Shown here piece after piece: positions 1-7,132 of a stretch of DNA of 22,056 bases. This DNA comes from a candidate division WOR-3 bacterium (GTDB lineage Bacteria; Hydrothermota; Tepidihabitantia; Tepidihabitantales; JAOUPE01), in NCBI GenBank assembly GCA_039801565.1, contig JBDRUX010000031.1, forward strand, positions 1 through 22,056. Reading direction: 5' to 3'. The notes under the pieces were generated by a model. It saw only the letters and a list, made by a program, of their open reading frames with translations. It was not told the DNA's origin and did not search any database. Each line of letters starts with the position of its first letter. Within the stretch, counting starts at the first letter, position 1. Both the position numbers and the translations under genes were made by a program.

Positions 1-4
1 GGTA

Positions 5-3000
5 ATGCTTGATGCACCAAAACAAATCTGCCTGTCGGGAACTAATTCCAATCCTGATTCCTTGAAAGTGAATATCCGACTGGCACGAGGTGTCAGTGGT
101 GGAGTTGGCGGTGCGATTGGTGCCGAATTATCAGTTAATGATATCAATTTAGGTGCTGTTGCCCGAGGTGATTTGTATGCCGGCGGAGCGATATTTACCG
201 AAGGAAAATTCCGATTCCCAAATCCTGTCCCATCGCAATCAGACTTAGATAAGGCAGCACTATTCTTAATGATTGAACCCGAAGCATTGGTGCCAGTTTC
301 CCAAGTGTTAGTTCCGATTGCCCAATTCCTGTCAGTTTTTATTCAAACACCTTTAACCAACTCGGTCGAAAAAGGAGTAGTTGGTTATGACATATTCGGT
401 GGTGGTGAAGGTAGGGCAGCGGTCGGACTAACACACTCAAATTTACCGGCAGGTGACTTGGGTGGTTTTGGGGCTCAGGCACAAGCTGACGCAACAATGC
501 ATGCCAATTTAGGCTTTGTTAAGTTGCCCGGAACTGGTTTTGGGGTGGAGGGTGGTGCTCACGGCTATGTCGCCGCTTATGGTTCAGCGGATTATAACTT
601 CGCGCCTAATCCTTGGAACCGTAATATTGTTAAAGATTTACCAGCCGATTTAGGAATTTATAATTGGCGGACAGGTTCTGGGCAGTTCCTTTTTGAAGGA
701 ATGCTCGACTGTGGTTTTGGTATCTACTGCGATTGGCAAGGTCCAAAAGCATTTATGGTATATCTGACCAAAGAGATTGGAAATAATACGGAAACATATG
801 AGTTCTGGATTGATTCGGATAATATTCAAAGGTTGCGTGACTTTGTAGCCGGAATTTCTCAGGATTTGTTAGCCGGAACGATTAACCAACTTGGTCTGCA
901 AAATAATGTGATGAATATCTTCCACGCAAGACCGGAGACCTTCGCAAAGAGTTTTTACGCAGTATTTGAACGGGTTATTGACTTTGCTCAATCCGGGCAA
1001 GGGTTACGACTTACTTATTACAAGTATAATTCTAATTCTCAAGATATCTTGCCAATACGGATTAATCTGGCAGTTGGGCTTGGCATTGATGCCGCTATCG
1101 GTCTTAATTGGAGTATCCGGAATGAAAAATCGCTCCTTACCGAAGAGGGTACGATGCTTATCGGTAAAAAGTATAAACTTTACGATTACTCCGATGATAT
1201 CTATACCCAGACCCGAAATGATGTGAATACGGTTCCGATTCAATTGGCGGTTCAAGTCCTAACTGGATTGCTTGATGATATATTTGGGGTTGTGGCAGGA
1301 ATAATGCCTTCAAAGGATGGGGATAGTTTAATTTTGCAGGTTGGGACTGGGACACTGGTAGTTCGACAAGGCGCTATCCCGCCTGGGGATAGTGTTGCGA
1401 TTGTGAGTTGGGTTTGGCAGCCTGAGACCACGGCTGATTGTTACGCCAGCAAATTAAGAAAATTCTTACAACAACAGGCAGGATTAACTTATGGAATTGG
1501 TGGTTTTTATCAACTGCAACCAGAAGTGGCAAATGTCAATGGTAAAGCAAAGTTGAAAATTGCTTATGCAGATAGCGAGGTTGTTAATATTGATGAGAGT
1601 TCACTACGGCTGTATCGCTGGAATGATTCTTTACGAAAATGGTTATATGTTGGCGGTGTAGTCCATCCGGATAGCAACTATGTGGTTAAAGATAGCCTTA
1701 TGCTGTTCGGTCTTTATACGCTTGCCCCAGCAGCGCCTTCGGATACTTTCAACCTACATTTGGACCCCGACAGTATTCCTGCCAATGGAACAAGTTATTC
1801 AAATGCGACCGGCGGTCCAATTCGTCTTAATACCGGACAAATTGTGCCTGATAGCACCTTGATAACTGTGACGACCTCTGCCGGTACCATTACAACGCCA
1901 GATGCTGATACTACAATTCCTGGGATCCAGGTATTAACTAATAATGGGAATATTAGTTTCCAGATTCGGGCACCAAATATAGCTACGACTTCTACTGTTA
2001 TTGCGAGAAGTGTCGAGGGTGATGCAGTTGGCTCGGCAAAAATTGTTTTCTATGATGTAGCAAGACCCAGCACACCAATAATTTCTGAAGCCTATGCTTC
2101 GGATTCGATAATGGTTAGAATTTCTTGGCGACGAAATAATGAAAACGATATCTTAGGTTATAAACTCTATTATGATTCGGATTCTTTGCTGCCTTATCAA
2201 GGACATTCACCTTATGATTTACCTTCACCCATTGATGTTGGCAACGATACAACCAGAATTCTGGCTTTGCCTTTACATCCTGATTCTAATTTCTATATAA
2301 GAATTACCGCTTATGACATATCAAGGAATGAAAGCGACTATTCGGAAATGGTCTGGGTTTCAGGTATGCAGGTATTTGATACGATTGCACCTTCAACACC
2401 AGAACTTATTGCACCAAGACCGAATTCGGCGGTTAATGATTCGTTGCCGAGATTTGTCTGGAGACGTCCCTCAGATAATCTAACTGGAGTTTCGCATTAC
2501 TTACTGCATTATTACAATAACTTCGGTATTGATACAACAATAAGGATTAACGATACATCGGCAATTCCAGTGATTCCTTTACCGGATACAATCTATTTCT
2601 GGCAGGTAAAGGCTTTTGATTGGGCAAATAATCCAAGTGAATGGTCAGAGGTTTGGCGTTTTGAGATTGATACCAGAGGTCCAACCCGACCGAGTTTAAT
2701 CAATCCCCACAATGATACTTGCCTCAATCACTTAAATATCGCTTTTGAATGGACGGCGGTCACTGGGTTGGGAAAAGAGCGAAGGAATCAACCAACTGCT
2801 TTGCCAATGCAACTTCAAAAGAAAATTATAACCGAACAGAAGATGGATATGATTAAGACTACCGACGAGATGAAATTCAATGATTTAATCGGACCAAAGA
2901 TGAACGACCAAACTCAAATTACTAATATGATGAAAGTTTTTGAGGCTTCGGAGGTCAGATATATCCTTGAGATTGATACGAACCGATTATTTACTAGTCC

Positions 3001-3739
3001 AATTTTTATTGAGACGACTGCTATTACCTATGATACGGTTAATCTTTTTGAAGACCGATTCTATTGGCGGGTTCGGGCTTATGATTTAGCTGGCAATCAA
3101 GGCGAATTTTCGGATACCTTTACCTTTATTGCCGATACGACAAAACCGGTTGTGCCGATTCTGATTTACCCAACTAATAATGCACCGATAAGAGATACCT
3201 TTGTCTGGCATCGGGCAACCGATAATCTGAGCGGAATAAAGGGCTATAGGATTCAGATTGCTTATGATTCACTCTTTAACAGGTTAATGCTCGATTCCAC
3301 TCTTAATAATCCTAATGATACAATGATTATTTTCCACCCAGATTCAGCCGGTTACTGGCGGGTTAAATCTATTGACCGAGCAGGTAATGAGAGTAATTGG
3401 TCAGAAAGGAGAGGTTACACTGGAATAACTGAAGGAGAAAAGAAGACAATGCCATTGCCTTCGGTCTTTATTCTATATGCGAATCAACCAAATCCTTTTG
3501 CCAAAATGACCGAAATTCGATATGGAATCCCAATCAAAACAAGACTAAGAATAACAGTTTACAATTCCTCAGGTCAAGAGATAGCGACACTTATTAACGG
3601 AATTCAAAGTCCTGGTTGGTATTCGGTTAAATGGAATGGCAAGGATAATAAAGGAAATAATTGTCCAGCAGGGATTTATTTCTATCGAATAGAAAGTGAA
3701 GAATATAAAGCGACGAAAAAGATGGTGAAGAATGAGTAA
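5..3739 (+). CDS. Large secreted/surface protein, probably 5'-truncated by the window: Gly-rich N-terminal region, invasin-like Ig domain, about four Fn3/Ig-like repeats, C-terminal FlgD-Ig/T9SS type A sorting domain
   Basis: C-terminus NQPNPF...IRY.IP...VYNSSGQEIATL...WNGKDNKG...AGIYFYRIE...TKKMVK is a typical T9SS/FlgD CTD. Repeated DT..P..P.L..P...F.W...YW.V.A.D.AGN...WS modules. The frame is open to the window edge and no signal peptide follows the ATG at 5. Confidence 0.85.
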   Translation: MLDAPKQICLSGTNSNPDSLKVNIRLARGVSGGVGGAIGAELSVNDINLGAVARGDLYAGGAIFTEGKFRFPNPVPSQSDLDKAALFLMIEPEALVPVSQVLVPIAQFLSVFIQTPLTNSVEKGVVGYDIFGGGEGRAAVGLTHSNLPAGDLGGFGAQAQADATMHANLGFVKLPGTGFGVEGGAHGYVAAYGSADYNFAPNPWNRNIVKDLPADLGIYNWRTGSGQFLFEGMLDCGFGIYCDWQGPKAFMVYLTKEIGNNTETYEFWIDSDNIQRLRDFVAGISQDLLAGTINQLGLQNNVMNIFHARPETFAKSFYAVFERVIDFAQSGQGLRLTYYKYNSNSQDILPIRINLAVGLGIDAAIGLNWSIRNEKSLLTEEGTMLIGKKYKLYDYSDDIYTQTRNDVNTVPIQLAVQVLTGLLDDIFGVVAGIMPSKDGDSLILQVGTGTLVVRQGAIPPGDSVAIVSWVWQPETTADCYASKLRKFLQQQAGLTYGIGGFYQLQPEVANVNGKAKLKIAYADSEVVNIDESSLRLYRWNDSLRKWLYVGGVVHPDSNYVVKDSLMLFGLYTLAPAAPSDTFNLHLDPDSIPANGTSYSNATGGPIRLNTGQIVPDSTLITVTTSAGTITTPDADTTIPGIQVLTNNGNISFQIRAPNIATTSTVIARSVEGDAVGSAKIVFYDVARPSTPIISEAYASDSIMVRISWRRNNENDILGYKLYYDSDSLLPYQGHSPYDLPSPIDVGNDTTRILALPLHPDSNFYIRITAYDISRNESDYSEMVWVSGMQVFDTIAPSTPELIAPRPNSAVNDSLPRFVWRRPSDNLTGVSHYLLHYYNNFGIDTTIRINDTSAIPVIPLPDTIYFWQVKAFDWANNPSEWSEVWRFEIDTRGPTRPSLINPHNDTCLNHLNIAFEWTAVTGLGKERRNQPTALPMQLQKKIITEQKMDMIKTTDEMKFNDLIGPKMNDQTQITNMMKVFEASEVRYILEIDTNRLFTSPIFIETTAITYDTVNLFEDRFYWRVRAYDLAGNQGEFSDTFTFIADTTKPVVPILIYPTNNAPIRDTFVWHRATDNLSGIKGYRIQIAYDSLFNRLMLDSTLNNPNDTMIIFHPDSAGYWRVKSIDRAGNESNWSERRGYTGITEGEKKTMPLPSVFILYANQPNPFAKMTEIRYGIPIKTRLRITVYNSSGQEIATLINGIQSPGWYSVKWNGKDNKGNNCPAGIYFYRIESEEYKATKKMVKNE

Positions 3740-3745
3740 ATTCGT

Positions 3746-3821
3746 AAGTCGGTCGAATCGACTCTTCGTCTTCGATTAGACTCGAGAATGCGGAGGGTCG
3801 AATTTAAAGAGTAAGCGACTT
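3746..3821. repeat. Imperfect long hairpin (REP-like or terminator-like) after ORF1
   Basis: TCGACTCTTCG (3758-3768) pairs with CGGAGGGTCGA (3791-3801) using G-U pairs. Inner arms TCTTCGA/TCGAGAA; outer arms AAGTCG (3746-3751)/CGACTT (3816-3821). Confidence 0.55.
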
Positions 3822-3863
3822 TATCAGCTAAAGGCAGAGAGAAGTAAGAGAGTAGGCTAAAAC

Positions 3864-3901
3864 GAGATTCTTCGTTCGCTTAAGGCGGAATCAGAACGAC
3901 A
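3864..3901. repeat. REP-like element of the GAGATTCTTCG...TCAGAATGACA class
   Basis: GAGATTCTTCG-TTCGCTTAAGGCGGAA-TCAGAACGACA resembles a widespread intergenic palindrome class with an internal hairpin (recognised from memory). Confidence 0.55.
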
Positions 3902-3936
3902 GAATAGTGGGGCGAATTCTGCATGAGTTTTAATTA

Positions 3937-3964
3937 TTGACTTTTGGTAAACTTGCTTTACAAT
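3937..3964 (+). promoter_or_regulatory. sigma70-like promoter, probably giving a leaderless mRNA for the nuclease gene
   Basis: TTGACT-16 nt-TACAAT; the ATG at 3970 lies only 5 nt after the -10 box. Confidence 0.7.
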
Positions 3965-3969
3965 AAGGT

Positions 3970-4554
3970 ATGGCAAGTAAAAAAATTACCTCGGGGAGTC
4001 GGAACAGAGTGCCGGATGAGATTTGGAAACTTTTAAAAGAATTGATAATCAGCCAGAAAAAAACCGATGCCGCTATTAATAAACTTCGGGAAAGTCAAAA
4101 GAAAACGGATAAACAGGTTGGAGACCTTACCGATGGTTGGGGAAAGTTTGTCGAAGGACTTGTGGCACCATCCATTCCGGTAATCTTTAAGAAATTTGGC
4201 ATAAAAATTAATGATATCGCACAGCGACGGAAACGTTATCATAATGGAAAGGTGATGGAAATTGATATTTTAGCATTGGGCAGAAAGGAAAATAGAGAAG
4301 TTATCTTTGTAGTTGAAGTAAAAAGTAGTTTGGAATCAAAAGACATCGATGAGTTTATAAAAGAACTCTCAGATTTTTCTAAATTTTTTACCGAGTATTC
4401 GGGAAGAGAAATCTACGGTGTAGTAGCTGGGGTTAGGTTTGGGGATGGCGCCGAACGATACGCCGAACAGAAAGGATTGTATGTCCTTGCCCCTTCGGGT
4501 GAGACAATGAAAGTATTGAATAAGAAAAACTTCAGACCTCGAATTTGGCGATAA
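3970..4554 (+). CDS. Coiled-coil + PD-(D/E)XK nuclease-fold protein (DUF3782-like)
   Basis: N-terminal heptad-like repeats (SQKKTDAAINKL/SQKKTDKQVGDL), then WGKFVEGLV, MEIDILA and VVEVKS motifs, ending AERYAEQKGLYVL...NFRPRIW. Confidence 0.8.
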   Translation: MASKKITSGSRNRVPDEIWKLLKELIISQKKTDAAINKLRESQKKTDKQVGDLTDGWGKFVEGLVAPSIPVIFKKFGIKINDIAQRRKRYHNGKVMEIDILALGRKENREVIFVVEVKSSLESKDIDEFIKELSDFSKFFTEYSGREIYGVVAGVRFGDGAERYAEQKGLYVLAPSGETMKVLNKKNFRPRIWR

Positions 4555-4559
4555 AAGGA

Positions 4560-4613
4560 TATCTCGAAAGGAGTGGTTTCGCAGCGACGAGGAAGATGGT
4601 AAAGCTGGAGTGA
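4560..4613 (+). pseudogene. Orphan 3' tail of a T9SS/FlgD-CTD gene (YLERSGFAATRKMVKLE*)
   Basis: The translation parallels the ORF1 end YRIESEEYKATKKMVKNE*. 4583-4617 matches 3709-3743 at 27/35 nt by manual alignment. Confidence 0.6.
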
Positions 4614-4689
4614 AATCCATAATTTGTCTCGTTTTACTTAACCTATGCTACGCATTTCGTATCTGTAAGCCATAAGATGTTAAAAATAA

Positions 4690-4723
4690 TCCGGGCGGGG
4701 AAAAATCCCCACCTGGACTTTTT
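4690..4723 (+). terminator. Intrinsic terminator, possibly bidirectional
   Basis: TCCGGGCGGGGA-AAAA-TCCCCACCTGGA stem followed by CTTTTT and preceded by AAAAATAA. Confidence 0.7.
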
Positions 4724-5075
4724 AACCACCAAAGTAATCATAGCCCTGCATTAAAACTTAGTGACTGCCCAAAGTGACCTACCCAGGGTAGTTGCTGGGA
4801 AGAGACAAGATTTATTGTCCTCACCGACAGAATTGGGATAAACTAAAAATGTAAACAAGGTAGAACCCAAAATTTAATTCGCTTCAATTCCCAATCTTTC
4901 TATCTCAGTTAACCAAGCGATTGACTGGCTAACGATATTATCCCTTTTTGCTCTTCAATCGCCTTTGGTTCATACTTCGTTTTTTACCTTTCCCCTCTTC
5001 TAAGATTTAATTTAACAAGAACTTATGTTATTAACCTCTTTATCGGTTTTATAGTCTTTCCGTAATCACCTTCTG

Positions 5076-5423
5076 AATCAGACTAAAAGTCAACTTCGCA
5101 ACTGACTGTCTCGGCAATTGAGTAGGCAAGCCGGCGGGCTAGCCTCTATGCTGTCCGGTGGGCTGCCTACCGGCTTGCCTGGGGGCTAGCCTATGGGCTA
5201 GCCCACCCCCTTGCCCGCCGGTTTGTCCCCTGACTTACCCTCTATCCTGATTACTCAACTGCTTAGTAGGTCAACCAGTGGGTTGATTAGTAGATTGCCC
5301 ATTAAGGAAGCCAGAGAATAAGTTAGAGAGTAGGATATTGGTCTGGTCTTTAATCAGTTGAGGTTTTGGCTCTAAAAATTGCGATTGAAACTGATCCGAA
5401 CATTAACAATGAAATTAAAATCA
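5076..5423. repeat. Non-coding 12-bp-phased array of about 29 degenerate palindromic units (RRN-YWR-NYY-NNN) with a GC-rich core
   Basis: The triplet at 5079+12n is YWR in 25/29 and YNR in 28/29 consecutive units by manual count. Core units: AGGCAAGCC, GGGCTAGCC, GGGCTGCCT, GGCTTGCCT, GGCTAGCCT, GGCTAGCCC. The in-phase frames have stops on both strands. Confidence 0.8.
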
Positions 5424-5754
5424 AGAATTCAAATCAGCGGTTCTCACAAAGGATTGCTTTGGGCTCTAAGGCTTAAATCTCTCATAACCAACCTAACCGT
5501 AGTAGTACCATAAACCTGTAACATAAATATTAAGTAGATTAAACTTAGACTTAAAAAGGAAAAGATTGACTGGGCTAAGGCGATAATCCTATTTAAGTTA
5601 TCGGATTTTACTCTAAAATTAATCCGTTCGCGCGGTGCATAAAACCCCAGTTTAAGTCAACTTGTTTTTAAAGCGACAGCGATTTTAAACTATCCGCTAG
5701 AAATTACCACCGATTCGATTTAAACCAACAATACCTAAGATTTTCATTAGATTT

Positions 5755-6561
5755 TCATTGTAAGGCCTTTTTAACTTCGTTCTGAAAACCGGCTTTATCC
5801 AGAACGAAGGCTTTGATCAATTTAGCATTTACAATACAATCACCGATATTGACTTTTCTTTTCTTCACTGCTTCCGAATCTTGAGCGGTGTCAAGCCACT
5901 CAATCGGAATTTTGGCATCTATTTCCCCAATATACTTCTCCATTCGCTTTAGGAAGTAAGGATAGGTCGCTGGGCAAGGATTGGGTCCACAAACAATCAA
6001 AACTTTTCCTTTATCCTCTTTTTGTGGTTTATATTTAATCGCTTTTTTCCGCTTCGGTCTATAAACAAAGCCTGGTTTTAGCGGATAATATAAATAGTTA
6101 GGGTCTTTGCCAATCGGTTGGAAACCTTTTTTAGTAAAAAATTGCTGAGCGGTCAGTTGATTGGGGGCGCCACCCGGAAAGGTTTTGGTCACCAAGGCTA
6201 ATACTGATTTATTTTTTAATCCGGTTATAGCAAAATTCTTTATGTCCTCCAATAGCTTAGCTAAGAGTTGAGTGGCAATTCCTTTCTGCCAGTAATTTTC
6301 TAATGGCACCCAAATGCAATCAATGTAAACAATCCTTTGCTCGGGAATTGGCTGATACTGAATCATTCCTACTGGACAATTATTATGATAGGCTAATTTA
6401 GCGAACGGGCCCCATTTTTTAAGCATCGCCTCTGCCCACTGTCTTTTATACTCTACCCCTTTTTGCCAGTCCGGGTCATTGCGCTTATTTGGCGCAACAC
6501 AAAACCAGCAAAATTCTTCAATATTTTCTTCAGTGACATCTTTTATTATTATTTCTTTCAT
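5755..6561 (-). CDS. GNAT family N-acetyltransferase, YoaP-like, with Cys motifs and a C-terminal domain
   Basis: N-terminal TEEN..FCWFC, PVGMIQYQP, IDCIWV, acetyl-CoA motif WQKGIATQLL, FFTKKGF; C-terminal CGPNPCP. Confidence 0.8.
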   Translation of the reverse strand: MKEIIIKDVTEENIEEFCWFCVAPNKRNDPDWQKGVEYKRQWAEAMLKKWGPFAKLAYHNNCPVGMIQYQPIPEQRIVYIDCIWVPLENYWQKGIATQLLAKLLEDIKNFAITGLKNKSVLALVTKTFPGGAPNQLTAQQFFTKKGFQPIGKDPNYLYYPLKPGFVYRPKRKKAIKYKPQKEDKGKVLIVCGPNPCPATYPYFLKRMEKYIGEIDAKIPIEWLDTAQDSEAVKKRKVNIGDCIVNAKLIKAFVLDKAGFQNEVKKALQ

Positions 6562-6576
6562 TAGTTAAAAATTGCC

Positions 6577-7123
6577 CTATAGTTCAAGTCTCATTAAAGG
6601 GAAGGTCACATCGTCTTTATATATTATAAAGCCATTTTTTAGGTAAAAAGCCATCGGTCCAGATGGATTGTCAGGTCTGTCCTTTCGAGCAAAAGTTTCC
6701 AATGCTTTTACACCGGAATTTTTTAATTCATTAATTATGAATTGAAGCATCCGACTACCGATGCCCTGGCGTCGCAACTTTGGTTTGGGTATGAATAGAC
6801 ACGAAATTAACACCGCATCGTCATTCGGTTTTACTGGATAGTTTTTTGAATTAGGCAAAAGTTTTGAAAAGGCATATTGGGCATAACCGATCGGTTTGCC
6901 TTCAAGATAAGCAATCAATCCGCAATTACCGAGGATTCTTTTTGCCTTTTGTATCCAACTTAACTTCTTTTGGAACATAACTTCCTTTTTCTCTTTCATT
7001 GGGTCAAGACATTCTTCGGGAAATTCCCAATAGATACAATATTTACAACTAAAAGGATGCGAATTTCCACTCTGGTGCATCTTTTAGATTTTCTTCGGTC
7101 AGTGGCAGAATTTCAATATTCAT
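6577..7123 (-). pseudogene. GNAT family N-acetyltransferase interrupted by a +1 frameshift near 7064-7066
   Basis: ATG at 7123 gives MNIEILPLTEENLKDAPEW, then stops at 7051-7049. The +1 frame continues NSHPFSCKYCIYWE...IGYAQY...ISCLFI...RRQGIGSRML...FYLKNGF. Confidence 0.7.
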
Positions 7124-7132
7124 TGCTTGGTT

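Noticed and set aside
3709..4617. Diversity-generating retroelement TR/VR pair
   Set aside because: The repeat is only ~35 nt, three of eight mismatches are not at adenines of the first copy, and no reverse transcriptase is in the window.
4725..5060. Possible ncRNA, riboswitch or pseudogene (short hairpins such as GACAA-GATTTA-TTGTC; minus-strand fragment KYEPKAIEEQ)
   Set aside because: No recognisable RNA family motif and only short reading frames; an Rfam or BLASTx search would be needed.
5076..5423. CRISPR array or tetrapeptide-repeat CDS
   Set aside because: There are no identical 23-47 nt repeats with unique spacers and no cas genes. The in-phase frames contain several stops on both strands. 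Stop-codon reassignment is unlikely because TAA, TAG and TGA all end normal genes here.
5409..5513. Small ORF MKLKSRIQISGSHKGLLWALRLKSLITNLTVVVP
   Set aside because: 34 aa, no SD and no recognisable motif; it overlaps the array tail.
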